Part shown: in pieces, positions 35,292-46,052 of the stretch
Position numbering within the stretch: position 1 is the stretch's first letter
How the letters are laid out: each line of letters opens with the position of its first letter
From: an uncultured Acidobacteriota bacterium
Lineage (GTDB): Bacteria > Acidobacteriota > Blastocatellia > RBC074
Direction: 5' to 3'
Length of the DNA stretch: 64,000 nucleotides
NCBI GenBank assembly: GCA_963813345.1
Contig: CAWEYR010000024.1
Location: forward strand, 265,757 to 329,756
The notes under the pieces: generated by a model
What the model saw: the letters and a program-made list of their open reading frames with translations, nothing else
Databases searched by the model: none
Told to the model about the DNA's origin: nothing
Made by a program: the position numbers and the translations under genes

Positions 35292-37247
35292 CTAAAACGA
35301 TTTGCCGGAAATTGGGAAAGCAGCCAGCCGGTTTTCGCGGGCCGAATAAAGAAGGTTGATTGTCTCATCCGTCGTAAACCGGTAATCGGGGTCGTTCAAC
35401 TTTATCTCACGTTCTGTTTCGCCCGTATTGACGTTCACTCCCGCCAAACCTTTACCACCCTCTCTGGGGAGCTCGGTGTAAAAGTACATCCACTTCCCTT
35501 TCAATGCCGTCAGTCGCTTTCTATGCCACAGGAATCTCGACAGCCTTTCAAGCTGATGCGCAGGATCCATCCGATCAAGCAATCGCTCTTCAATGTCACC
35601 GGACGTTGAAAGGTTCGAAGTGACCAGGCCGCGCACGTTCACGCTGCTGATGGCTCCTTGAAGCTGACGTGCTCGGTCAACAGTCTCCTGAAGATTGCGC
35701 GCAGTGCGCGCGGCATCCTGTATTCGAGAAGCTACACCAAGAGCTCTGAAACGAGTCGTAACGTATCTGCGCGCCGATGTTTCCGCCAGCGTAGTCAGAT
35801 CAGGAAGTGCAGCGCGAGCGAACCCGGACCAGCGCACGGTGGAACCGGCCTGAGCGAGATTGATCGCGCGGAAGGTCTTCGACGCCACTGTTGCCGCGGT
35901 TGTCACTGTTCCGCCATAACGAAAGTAGAGTGCGCCAGCCCGTGCAGCAATCGCTCCGATTGTCCTTATCGCTCCGCGCCCCGGCGCGTCATACCGGGCG
36001 CGCCAGAGACTCGCACCACTTGCTACGTCGTACGCTCTCACCTCGTTAGCGCCCCCAACCACGGCATTGCTCTTTTCGTTTACAAGCAGAAAGGCTGCCT
36101 TCGAGACCTTATGAGATACGCGCTTCAACTGTTTGCCTGTTTCAGTGTTGAGCGAGATGAGATCTTCCTTGTCTGCAAGGAGCAAGGTTGAATCGTCAAA
36201 GAAAACAATGTTCGTGATGCCTTTATCCGCACCCTTGAATCTCCACAGCGTCTTTCCACTCTCGATATCGATGGCGCTTACGCCGAACGGCCCTCGCTCG
36301 ACAATCTCACCATCGCGAAGACGGGTGAACTGCCCGCCGGTGCGAACATAAAGCCTGGTCCCATTGAGAAACATCTCTGGAGCCATCCCGGCATCCTTCG
36401 CTTCCCATTCGATCTCTCCCTTAGCACGTGAAATAGCGCGCACGCGGCCGCGTCCGGAGACATACAGAAAGCGTTCATCAAATACGGCATCAGCCTCCGT
36501 GAGTGCCAATCCCTCCTCATTCACGCGAAATCTTTCTCTCGAGCGCTCCTTTCCCGTTGAAGCGTCGAGCGCCGTCACACCGTCGTAAAACAGGTAAAGC
36601 CGTCCGTCAAGAAACAATGGCGGATGATAATTGTTGAGTGTGTACTCGACCGTATCATCTTCTTCTTCGGTCCAGCGCGAAGGCATCATCTCGATCTGGC
36701 TTTCGACTTTGTAATTCCAGAGTTCCTTTCCCGTACCGAGCTCGAAAGCGTAAACGATGGGTTCCCGCCGAAGTCCTTCGTGATCTTTCTTCTTGATGTC
36801 ACGCGCGAGAACAATCGCGAGCACCTCTGATTTCATTTCAAGGGCCATCTGCATCACAGAGCCTTTGACTCGCTCGCTTCGCCAGACCGCCTTCCCCGTG
36901 AATAGATCGACCGCCTCGAGCGAGCTCTTTCCGTCCCGCTCGAGCGTCAGTAAGGTCAGGTCAGTTCCAGGAACCGGCGTCACATCGGTCTCGTCAAGCC
37001 TCGCATTCTTGCGGCGCCAAAGAATCTCGCCTGTTTCACCATCCAGGGCGTAGAGTGACTTATCCGTACCGGCAACCAGGACGCCAAGTTCGGTCGCCTG
37101 GTAAAAGCGCACTCGACCATCAAGCTTCGTATTCCAACCTGGATTACCCGACCCGGCGAACAAGGTAAAGCAGGTCAGAGCCAGCAGACTCAGTATTGTA
37201 AATACTCGCGGAACCATCGCTTCCTTACTGGCAGTCCACTCCGCCAT
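35292..37247 (-). CDS. PQQ-like beta-propeller repeat protein (BamB-like), secreted
   Basis: 651 aa. Signal peptide. Repeated LYALDGETGEILW / AFELGTGKELW / AIDIESGKTLW / AYDVASGASLW motifs are characteristic of PQQ/BamB propeller blades. Confidence 0.7.
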   Translation of the reverse strand: MAEWTASKEAMVPRVFTILSLLALTCFTLFAGSGNPGWNTKLDGRVRFYQATELGVLVAGTDKSLYALDGETGEILWRRKNARLDETDVTPVPGTDLTLLTLERDGKSSLEAVDLFTGKAVWRSERVKGSVMQMALEMKSEVLAIVLARDIKKKDHEGLRREPIVYAFELGTGKELWNYKVESQIEMMPSRWTEEEDDTVEYTLNNYHPPLFLDGRLYLFYDGVTALDASTGKERSRERFRVNEEGLALTEADAVFDERFLYVSGRGRVRAISRAKGEIEWEAKDAGMAPEMFLNGTRLYVRTGGQFTRLRDGEIVERGPFGVSAIDIESGKTLWRFKGADKGITNIVFFDDSTLLLADKEDLISLNTETGKQLKRVSHKVSKAAFLLVNEKSNAVVGGANEVRAYDVASGASLWRARYDAPGRGAIRTIGAIAARAGALYFRYGGTVTTAATVASKTFRAINLAQAGSTVRWSGFARAALPDLTTLAETSARRYVTTRFRALGVASRIQDAARTARNLQETVDRARQLQGAISSVNVRGLVTSNLSTSGDIEERLLDRMDPAHQLERLSRFLWHRKRLTALKGKWMYFYTELPREGGKGLAGVNVNTGETEREIKLNDPDYRFTTDETINLLYSARENRLAAFPISGKSF

Positions 37248-37347
37248 CGAGGACGTAATCTCCTGCCCTTCTGGTTAAGTATATCAAGAAGACTGCCAAT
37301 ACGGTTGTATTGGACTCTATGCAAAGCGAATGGGACCGTACGGCCGG

Positions 37348-38701
37348 CTAAGATCGGCGAATGACTATCGGAGTGTCTACCATGTCTCCACTCGGAGTCA
37401 GCCTGCGAAGCACTGATAACTCACCCGAAGGATCTGCCTCTGCAATCGGCGATACGGTCATTTGGTCCGCGGTCACCTCCACTAAAAGAAAATGGTTTGA
37501 GGCCGCCCAGGAGACCGTGTGCGCATCGTCGAAGTCCGAAGGGCGTTCGAGGTTAACCTTGCCGCCGGCGCCGGTGACGAAGTAGTCGATACCACGCACA
37601 CTCGAGTGTTGAAAGTTATGTTCGTGACCACTGAAGACTGCTCGCACGGCTGACCGCTCAAAGAGTGGCACGAGCCGCTTGTTCATTGACCGCGAGTTGT
37701 CATACAGCGGCCCGGCAGTAAATGGTGGATGATGTGAAAACGGAATACGCCACAAAGGATCGCCTGCTCCCGTTCCAGGTGAGGCGGGAAATGCTGTGTT
37801 CAAAAACCGGGCGTGATTAGCGTGCTCGAAGTACCTGTCGACGGAGAAAGCCGACTTTCGCGTTGTATCGATACAGATGAATTCGATGTCGGCTCCGAAT
37901 TTGAACCTGTAGAACACACCAGGGCCGATCGAGGCACTCCCACCGGACTCTTCGCCCGAAAAGCGCGTATTAATGAAGAAATTGTCGAGCAACTGCTCGC
38001 GATCATCGCTCGCCTCGGTCTCGCCACTGTCGTGGTTTCCGACGCAGGGATAGAAAGGCACACGGTTAATGATGTACCGATATGGCTGATAGAATGTGAA
38101 GAACCAGTCATCATCCTCATCACCCGTAGCGCCGGCCGGTATACCAAGGATCGAGCGTCCAGCGTAGATATTGTCGCCTGTCGTCAGGACGAGGCGCACA
38201 TCGCGCTCGATAGAGATTTTTTCCAATGCGGCTGCCACCTCGCGCTGCCGCCTGCGTAGCAGTCGATGGCTTGCTCACACCGACACCGAAGTCGCCGAGA
38301 GCGGCAAATGTGAGCGGGCTCGAAGTATTCCGGTCAGGGAACGTGCGGAAACGATTGTCGTATGTCTTTCCACTCCTCGCGAGGCCTCTGCCTGGTACCC
38401 AGTCACGACGTTCCCCAGCTCCCCATTCCTCGCCATTTACTATCACGCGATATCGATATGTCGTATCGGGTTCAAGCCCTGTGACCCACGCGTAATTCGC
38501 AGTCATCGTTTCAACGGAGGTGACAGGCTTCCCCGAAAGATCAAAGAGCTCGACGCGAGCTTTACCGAATGGTTCCGAGCGCACTCCCATAGTTTCATGG
38601 CGTGGCGGGTAGACGTGGCGCAAATCATCGTCATCGACCAGCTTCCAATCTCCGTTCGGGATCTTGTCCACGCACTCTGAAATAGAAGCCGCCCCAGGCA
38701 A
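37348..38701 (-). CDS. purple-acid-phosphatase-like metallophosphoesterase with N-terminal FN3-like domain; frameshift near 38150-38230
   Basis: ORF 38120..38701 carries the N-terminal beta-sandwich (YRYRVIVNGEEW) and GDFG. ORF 37348..38238 carries GDNIY, VGNHD, GHEHNFQ and the remaining calcineurin-like motifs, in a different frame. Confidence 0.7.
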
Positions 38702-38771
38702 TCAGGGCGGCGTTATCAGTCAGCCCGGCAAGATAAAGATAAGGTTCAGCGTGAAATTCCGGCACGGGTAA

Positions 38772-38806
38772 CTCCTGGGAGCGCCAGGCTCCAGCCTGGC
38801 GCTCCC
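38772..38806. repeat. REP-like hairpin, family CCTGGGAGCGCC(A/G)G...
   Basis: ctgggagcgccaggctccagcctggcgctcccagg. Related copies lie at 44650..44750 and 54030..54150. Confidence 0.75.
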
Positions 38807-38823
38807 AGGCGGTTTACGAGCAA

Positions 38824-40425
38824 CTACACTTTACGGCGCTTAAAGTCGCGAAGGATTTCGCGAGCAGCGTTGTAACCCGGAGCTCCCATAACTCCCCCTC
38901 CGGGATGTGTTCCCGACCCGCAAAGATATAGATTGCGTACTGGCGTCCGGTACTGCGCCCAGCCTGCAACCGGTCGCAGAAAAAAGAGCTGATCCGGTTC
39001 AAGGTCGCCATGAAAAATGTTGCCGCCAGTCAGACCATACTCTCGTTCAAGATCCAGCGGTGAGATGACCTGGCGATGAATGACAAGTCGCTTGAACCCG
39101 GGTGCGTGCTCTTCGAGAAGATCAAAACACCGGTCTGCAAAACGATTCTTCGTCTCGTCGTCCCACGAGCCGTCGCGAAGGTGATAGGGTGCGTACTGAG
39201 CGAAAATGCACATAATGTGCTTACCAGGCGGCGCAATGGAGTCGTCGTAGATCGTGGGGATCGTGCACTCGAGCATTGGTGACTGCGACATTCTGCCCTG
39301 CAGCGCATCCTCCCATGCCCGGTCGATATAATCCATCGAAGGACATATGTGGATCGTCGTTCGATGAGGATCGCCCGGACCATTCGTCGGGTATGCAGTG
39401 AACTCAGGGAGTCCATCAAGCGCCAGATTGATCTTGATCGATGCCCCGGAGCATCTGAATTTCTCGATCGCGAGTCTGAACTCATCATCCAGATGTTCAG
39501 GTTCAACAAGCGAAAGAAACGTTCGTTTCGGGTCTGCGTTTGAAACTACGATCCGCGACCGGATCTCTTCGCCACTCTCGAGTACGACTCCACGCGCATG
39601 TCCATCGTTTATCAGTACGCGCGCCACGCGGGAGTTCGTGCGGATTACCGCGCCGCGGCTTTCTGCCGATCGGGCTATGGCTGTGCTGATTGCGCCCATT
39701 CCCCCGCGGACAAAGCCCCAAAGACCGCGCGGGCCGGCGGCGCCTCCCATAACATGATGAAGGAGTATGTATGCTGTTCCTGGAGTTGAAGGTCCTCCAT
39801 TGGTTCCAATCACACCATCGGTTGCAAGAGTTGTCTTGATCTCATCAGATTCAAACCGTTCGTCAAGAAACGTTCGCGCGCTCTGAGTCATAACCCGCGC
39901 AAGCCTGACGATCCCGTCATCGCCAAGTTTGAGCGTGTGGCGCGCCAGGTGAAAAAACTCAGCCAGGTCGCTGACTCCCCGGCGAATGATATTTGGAGGC
40001 GTTCGCAGCAACAGACCTTCGAGCCATTCGGCGAGTCGGGCCAGGTCGTCTTCGTACCTGGGATAGTTTTCGGCATCGCGTGAAGAGAACCGCGACATCT
40101 CCATCGCCGTCTTCCGTGCATCACCCCAGAAAAAGAGGTGCTTGCCATTTGGGAACACCGTGAAGAACGAAGGGTCTTTCGGGTAGATATGAAATCCGAA
40201 TCGCTCGAGATCGAGTTCTTTGATAATCTTTGGCTGCAGCAGCGAGCAGAGATAAGAGAGAGTCGAAACGCGATAACCGGGAAACACTTCTTCGGTAACG
40301 CACGCACCACCGGCTACCGCTCTTGATTCCAGCACGCAAACCTTCAATCCTGTCCCTGCCAGATATGCTGCTGTAACCAAACCGTTATGGCCGGCTCCAA
40401 TAATGATCACGTCAAAGGATTGCAC
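38824..40425 (-). CDS. phytoene-desaturase-family FAD/NAD(P)-dependent oxidoreductase (CrtI / amine-oxidase-like)
   Basis: 533 aa. N-terminal Rossmann dinucleotide motif DVIIIGAGHNGLVTAAYLA. C-terminal GGNIFHGDL...LYLCGSGTHPGGGVMGAPG is typical of the CrtI family. Confidence 0.75.
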   Translation of the reverse strand: MQSFDVIIIGAGHNGLVTAAYLAGTGLKVCVLESRAVAGGACVTEEVFPGYRVSTLSYLCSLLQPKIIKELDLERFGFHIYPKDPSFFTVFPNGKHLFFWGDARKTAMEMSRFSSRDAENYPRYEDDLARLAEWLEGLLLRTPPNIIRRGVSDLAEFFHLARHTLKLGDDGIVRLARVMTQSARTFLDERFESDEIKTTLATDGVIGTNGGPSTPGTAYILLHHVMGGAAGPRGLWGFVRGGMGAISTAIARSAESRGAVIRTNSRVARVLINDGHARGVVLESGEEIRSRIVVSNADPKRTFLSLVEPEHLDDEFRLAIEKFRCSGASIKINLALDGLPEFTAYPTNGPGDPHRTTIHICPSMDYIDRAWEDALQGRMSQSPMLECTIPTIYDDSIAPPGKHIMCIFAQYAPYHLRDGSWDDETKNRFADRCFDLLEEHAPGFKRLVIHRQVISPLDLEREYGLTGGNIFHGDLEPDQLFFLRPVAGWAQYRTPVRNLYLCGSGTHPGGGVMGAPGYNAAREILRDFKRRKV

Positions 40426-40563
40426 TTGTAAGTTGTACCGCCTGCTAAGTAAATTAGAACGCTCCTGATACTCCGGGCATGGAGTTCAAGCCTTAGCTTG
40501 CTCGTATCATCATCGCGTGTTAAGAGCAAGCTAAAGCTTGAACTCCATACGCTTCAAGGTCGC

Positions 40564-41161
40564 TATGATCGATATCCATCCTGTCACACTTGAGGGGCAC
40601 GGCATACGGTTGGAACCCCTGACCTTTGAGCACGCCGATGGGTTGGACGTCGCCGCTTCAGATGGCAGGCTCTGGGAGTTATGGTTCACCAGCGTTCCTG
40701 AGCCGGAGCAGACCCGAGGTTACATTGCTTACGCTCTCGAAGGTCAGAGGGACGGGCACATGCTGCCCTGGGCCGTACGGGAGTTGGCAAGTGGCGCAAT
40801 CATTGGCAGCACGCGCTATCACGATATCGTAGCCAGCATTGACCGCGTCGAGATCGGTTACACCTGGTATGCAAAACGCTGGCAACGCAGTCACGTCAAC
40901 ACCAGCTGCAAACTGTTGCTCCTCGCGCACGCATTCGACACGCTTGGTTGCAAGGTGGTTGGTCTGCGTACGGACAATTTCAACTTCGCGTCGCAGCGAG
41001 CGATTGAGGCACTAGGCGCTAAGAAGGATGGCGTCATCCGCCATCACTACGCACGCCGCGACGGAACAGTGCGCGACAGTGTGATGTACAGCATCCTCTC
41101 GAATGAATGGCCCGACGTAAAACGGCATCTTGAGTTCCGGTTGGCACGACACAAGTGCTGA
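40564..41161 (+). CDS. GNAT-family N-acetyltransferase (RimJ/RimL-like, Acetyltransf_3)
   Basis: ~199 aa from MIDIHPVTLEGHGIRLEPLTFEHADGL. The motif RLWELWFTSVPEP...AVRELASGAIIGSTRY is typical of ribosomal-protein-type GNATs. Confidence 0.65.
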
Positions 41162-41310
41162 GTGCTGAGTGCTGGAGTGCTGGGTGCTGAGCTGTGGATG
41201 CTGGTGCTGAGTTCTGGAGTTCAAGCTTCAGCTTGCTGTCGTGAGGCTCGAATGCGACCACACGCTAAAGCTGAACTCGAACTCAGCACTCAGCACTCAG
41301 CACTCAGCAC
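41160..41310. repeat. compound palindrome: (GCTGAGT)n ... GAGTTCAAGCTTCAGCTTGC core ... (ACTCAGC)n
   Basis: Tandem heptamer repeats lie on both sides in inverted orientation around a copy of the GAGTTCAAGCTT REP core. Confidence 0.8.
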
Positions 41311-41335
41311 TCTCTTACTACTTACGGAGGCATAC

Positions 41336-41797
41336 ATGAAAATCCTGATTGCAGTTGATGGTTCAGAAGGCAGCGAAAATGCAGTCAACGCGATCGCCGC
41401 CAACCCATTGTCGCCTGGAACCGAGGTGCGCGTGCTTTCTGTTATTGAATCGCCTTATGTCCCGACTCCGGAAACCTGGGCGCTGCCGGAAACCTACTTT
41501 ACTGAAATGGAGAAAGCGGCTCAGGAGCAGGCTCAGAGTGCTGTCAATGCAGCTTGCGGACGGCTCGCCGCTGCACATGGCACCAACGCTACTATAAGCA
41601 TGAGTGTCGTTAACGGCCATCCGAAGGAAGCCATACTCGACGAAGCCGAGAAGTGGATGGCAGATCTGATCGTCCTCGGATCGCACGGCTATCGAGGCTG
41701 GCAACGATTTCTTCTCGGATCAGTCTCGCAGGCAGTCGCGTCTCATGCCAACTGTTCCGTTGAGATCGTCAGACGGCGCGAAGCTCGGTCAGAGTAG
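41336..41797 (+). CDS. universal stress protein (UspA family)
   Basis: 153 aa. MKILIAVDGSEGSENAV...ADLIVLGSHGYRGWQRFLLGSVSQAVASHANCSV. An RBS (acggagg) lies upstream. Confidence 0.88.
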   Translation: MKILIAVDGSEGSENAVNAIAANPLSPGTEVRVLSVIESPYVPTPETWALPETYFTEMEKAAQEQAQSAVNAACGRLAAAHGTNATISMSVVNGHPKEAILDEAEKWMADLIVLGSHGYRGWQRFLLGSVSQAVASHANCSVEIVRRREARSE

Positions 41798-43199
41798 GTC
41801 AACCTGGCTACAACAATCTTTCATCTCGCAATCGCTCTCGGACTTGGTCTGCTTGTTGGATTGCAGCGCGAACATGCAGCGGCGCGGCTCGGCGGAGTTC
41901 GGACGTTTCCTCTTATCACAATCCTCGGTGCAATCTGTGGTCTTCTTGCGCAGACGTTTGGTGGCTGGGTGATTGCTGCAGGTCTGATCGGGCTTGGCGG
42001 AATAATCGTCATAGGGAACGTCATCGAGATAAACCGTGGAACTGTTGATCCCGGCATCACAACCGAAGTTGCGATGCTGGTGATGTTCGGAGTAGGTGCC
42101 TATCTGATGGTCGGGCAGACCGAGGTAGCAGTCGCCATCGGAAGCGGCGTCGCGATTCTGCTTCACTTCAAGGGCGAGCTTCACGCGGTCACTGCGAAGC
42201 TCGGCGACAGGCGACCTGAAAGCGATCATGCAGTTTGCGCTTATCTCGTTGATCATTCTTCCAGTTCTGCCTGATCGAACGTTTGGACCTTTCAATGTTC
42301 TCAATCCACGCAACATCTGGCTGATGGTAGTGCTGATCGTTGGTATCAGTCTGATCGGATACATCGCCTACAAATTCTTCGACGCCAATACCGGCGTTAT
42401 TCTGGGTGGCATTCTTGGAGGTCTGGTCTCGAGCACGGCGACGACGGTCAGTAACGCGCGTCAGTCACGCGAAAACGATTCGCTCGTCCGCGTTGCCGCG
42501 ATAGTCATCACAATCGCAACCACTATCCTCTATTTTAGAGTTCTGGTTGAGGTCTTTGCAGTCGCACCAGCCTTTCTCAGGACCGCTGCTCCACCAATTC
42601 TGATTCTTGGATTTCTTCTTGCTGGTGCCGCTGCCTGGCTCTGGTTCGGCGGGCGCAAAGAGAAAGTGGCAGTGCCACAACATGGCAATCCGTCAGAGCT
42701 CAAATCTGCACTCGTCTTTGCTCTGATCTACGCGTTCGTTTTGCTGGCAGTCGCTGCGGTCAAGGAGTGGTACGGAGATCGCGGACTGTTTGTAGTCGCA
42801 ATCCTCTCCGGACTTACAGACGTCGATGCCATCACGCTTTCAGTCTCGCGGCTGGTTAGTTCGGATCGTCTTGGCACGTCTGAGGCCTGGCGGCTGATCG
42901 TTACCGCATCGCTCGCGAATCTGATATTCAAGGTGCTGGTTGTCGCCTTCATAGGTCATAGGAATCTGCTCAAGACGATTGCTGATTCCATACGGTTCGG
43001 TTCTTATCGCAGGCATACTCTTGATAACACTCTGGCCGTGAGCCCATATGCGAACGTTCGTTGCTGTTACCCTCCGATTGCTGCCCTGACAGCCTCAACG
43101 ATGAGATTCTCCTCGATCAGCCTTCGTGCTGACTCGATATGCGGATACATCAAAGTATCGGAACCAATGAATGGAATCCTCGAACGGATAAGCTCATAG
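41798..43199 (+). CDS. MgtC/SapB-family membrane protein fused to DUF4010, frameshift near 42220; start codon uncertain
   Basis: ORF 41861..42274 carries the MgtC N-terminal domain (LAIALGLGLLVGLQREHAAARLGGVRTFPLITILGA). ORF 42228..43199 carries DUF4010 (MQFALISLIILPVLPDRTFGPF). They are in adjacent frames. No canonical start follows the upstream stop at 41795. Confidence 0.6.
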
Positions 43200-44641
43200 A
43201 CAGGCGCCGTGCCGCGGCCGAGCCGGGCGCCTGATCTGAGGTCCTCGCGCCGGAAGTCGATTGCCTGAGCAGCAGCCATGAGCTCGATGGCAAGGATCCG
43301 CTCAACGTTGTCGTTGATCTTTCGCATCTTGAGTGCGGCTGTGCATCCCATGCTCACGTGATCTTCCACATTGGCGGATGTCGGTATCGTATCCACACTT
43401 GCCGGATGCGAAAGAATCTTGTTCTCAGTCGCCAGTGCCGCCGCTGTATACTGCGCCAGCATGAAACCCGAATTGAGACCGCCCTCCCGCGTGAGGAATG
43501 CCGGAAGCACGTGAGTGTTTGACGCTTCATCGATCAATCGCATGACTCGACGTTCAGAGATGTTTCCCAGTTCACTCACCCCAATCGCGAGATAATCCAT
43601 GGCGATGGCTATCGGCTCGCCGTGAAAATTGCCGCCGGAAATAACCTCGATAGCTCCGGTCTGATCATCCACAAAGATAAGTGGATTGTCGGTAACCGCA
43701 TTGAGCTCGATCTCGATCGCCCATCGCGCGTATGCAATGGCATCGCGCGCCGCTCCGTGCACCTGTGGCATGCATCTCAAAGTGTAAGCATCCTGGACAT
43801 TCGAAGGATCGTGCTTCCGCGTAAAGTCGCTACCCTCGAGAAGCCGTCTCAGATATGCGGCACAGTCAAGTTGACGTGGAAACGGTCGAAGTGCGTGAAT
43901 CCTCTCGTCGAAAGCCAGGTCTGTTCCATTGAGCGCTTCGAGGCTCAGACAGCCTGCGATGTCGGCAACGCGGCTGAGACGCTCCGCGCGATGAGTCTCC
44001 AGCACTCCCACCGCGCACATGACTGAGGTCCCGTTCGTCAGCGCGAGACCTTCCTTCGCAGTCAACACTATGGGCGAAAGTCCGGCAGCCTTGAGCGCGA
44101 TCGATGCAGGTCTGGCATTCTGTTCCGCCTCTACGTTGGCCTCTCCCTCTCCAATAAGTACGAGGCTCATGTGCGCGAGTGGCGCGAGATCACCGCTCGC
44201 TCCAAGCGAACCCTGTTCGGGAATGAGAGGATGGATTCCGCGATTGAGAAGTTCGAGAAGAAGCGAGAGAGTTTCGAGCCGGATTCCGGAATAGCCTCGC
44301 GAAAGCGTATTCGCGCGAATCAACATGATCGCTCGTGTCGTGGCGCGATCGAATGGAGCGCCTACGCCAACCGCATGACTGAGGATGATGTTACGCTGAA
44401 GGAGCTCTACCTGCTCGCGAGGGATGACCCGATCCTTGAAAGCGCCAAATCCCGTAGTGATGCCGTAGGCTACCGTACCCGTCTCGAGAAGTTTCGCGAC
44501 TGCCGCCGACGAAAGCTCGACGCTCGCCCTGGCGCCTTCGGTCAGTTCCACGCCTGGAACATCCGGAGCGCCGCGCGCGATCCGCATCACGTCCTCTATC
44601 GTGAGACTCTTACCGTCGATGAAAAGGCGATCAGACATCAT
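43067..44641 (-). CDS. hutH: histidine ammonia-lyase
   Basis: Begins MMSDRLFIDGKSLTIEDV within the 891-aa ORF. It carries the MIO-forming ASGDL motif (GASGDLAPLAHM) and other HAL signatures. Confidence 0.9.
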   Translation of the reverse strand: MMSDRLFIDGKSLTIEDVMRIARGAPDVPGVELTEGARASVELSSAAVAKLLETGTVAYGITTGFGAFKDRVIPREQVELLQRNIILSHAVGVGAPFDRATTRAIMLIRANTLSRGYSGIRLETLSLLLELLNRGIHPLIPEQGSLGASGDLAPLAHMSLVLIGEGEANVEAEQNARPASIALKAAGLSPIVLTAKEGLALTNGTSVMCAVGVLETHRAERLSRVADIAGCLSLEALNGTDLAFDERIHALRPFPRQLDCAAYLRRLLEGSDFTRKHDPSNVQDAYTLRCMPQVHGAARDAIAYARWAIEIELNAVTDNPLIFVDDQTGAIEVISGGNFHGEPIAIAMDYLAIGVSELGNISERRVMRLIDEASNTHVLPAFLTREGGLNSGFMLAQYTAAALATENKILSHPASVDTIPTSANVEDHVSMGCTAALKMRKINDNVERILAIELMAAAQAIDFRREDLRSGARLGRGTAPVYELIRSRIPFIGSDTLMYPHIESARRLIEENLIVEAVRAAIGG

Positions 44642-44649
44642 GCGCGACT

Positions 44650-44750
44650 GAAGCCTGGGAGCGCCAGGCTCCAGCCTGGCGCGTGACATACCAAGGCCTT
44701 GGTCATACTCCACGCGCCAGGCTGGAGCCTGGCGCTCCCGGCGCTCCCTG
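44650..44750. repeat. pair of inverted REP-like hairpins (GGGAGCGCCAGGCTCCAGCCTGGCGC) between hutI and hutH
   Basis: ctgggagcgccaggctccagcctggcgc ... gcgccaggctggagcctggcgctccc. It reads in-frame without a stop, which makes hutI and hutH look like a single 891-aa ORF. Confidence 0.8.
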
Positions 44751-46052
44751 GCACTCACAGGCGGTACAACCTGCCCCTTCTTGATGACTGCGGCAACAGG
44801 GTTGCCACCCAGCACGTACGCTATCTCCCGATAATCATCGACATCGAGAATCAGCAGGTCAGCCTGCTTTCCGACCTCGATCGAGCCGACCCGGTTACCA
44901 AGACCTACGGCATGCGCTGCATTGATTGTCACGCCATTCAATGCTTCCGCCGGAGTGACTCTGCAATACCGGCACGCCAGCCCCATCACCAACGGTATCG
45001 AAAGACACGGTGACGAACCGGGATTGAAGTCCGTTGAAAAAGCAACCGCCGCTCCAGCATCAATCAACGTGCGAGCGTCCGCAAACGTCATGCTCCCCAA
45101 ACTGAGGTTAACTGCTGGTGTTATGACAGCAATCGCCTTTGATTGAGCGATCAAGCTCACATCCCTTGTACGAATCGTGTCGAGGTGATCGAGCGAAACT
45201 GCATCGAGCTCGAGCGCCATGGCGACTCCGCCCAGATTGCTGAATTCATCAACGTGCGCTTTAACAGGCATCCCGTGCGCTTTCCCCGCCTGAAGCACGC
45301 GGCGTGACTGCGCGACATTAAAGGCGCCGGTATCGCAAAAGACGTCCATAAAGAACGGAATGCGAGACGTACTGAAATGCGATTCACGATACCAGCGAAC
45401 AGCTCGAGGAAGCATTTCTTCTATAACCAAATACACGTAGGCGTCAGGCCTTTTCGCAAACTCCGGAGGAATCGCATGCGCAGCCATGAAGGTCGGAACC
45501 AGATCGGTGTCGAGAGCCCGGTCCAGGCGCTCGATTGCCTTCAATATCTTTATCTCTGAATCCCTTTCGAGACCGTAGCCCGTCTTGATCTCAACGGTGG
45601 TAGTTCCGAGCGCCAGCATAGCGTTGAGTCGCGGCAGCAGAAAGCGTGACCAGTTGCTCGAGTGTTGCGCTTCGCGTCGCGCGAGTGGTCGAGTGAATTC
45701 CGCCGCCGCTCGCGAGGATCTCGAGATAGTTTGCCCCTTCAATTTTCTGCTCGAATTCGTCGAGACGATTTCCTGCGAAGACCGAGTGAGTGTGCGCGTC
45801 TACAAAACCGGGAATGACAATGCGGCCGGATGCATCGATCGTTATTTCGCCGGCAAACTCTCTGAGAACCGACTGAGTGTCGCCAACACCTATGATCTTC
45901 CCGCCGCTGATTGCAACCGCTCCCCCGGCGATCAATCCCGGGTCGAGCATCTCTTCGCCGCGCTTCGATCCGTGCTGGCTCGCGCACGTCACGAGCTGGC
46001 GGGCATCATGAATAATGAGATCAGCCTGTTTCACTTCAAGCTTGAGACTCAC
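44750..46052 (-). CDS. hutI: imidazolonepropionase, frameshift near 45600-45740; apparent loss of a stop before hutH
   Basis: The N-terminal ORF 45591..46052 carries [11 protein letters not shown]. The remainder ([13 protein letters not shown] ... [11 protein letters not shown] ... [10 protein letters not shown]) sits in the 891-aa ORF frame. No in-frame stop separates it from hutH. Confidence 0.8.

Noticed and set aside
43067-45742. Genuine HutI-HutH fusion protein (891 aa)
   Set aside because: HutI and HutH are separate enzymes in all characterised systems. The linker is exactly a REP pair, and hutI carries an upstream frameshift. The fusion is more likely an artefact of indels or REP read-through than biology, though it is kept as a finding to verify.
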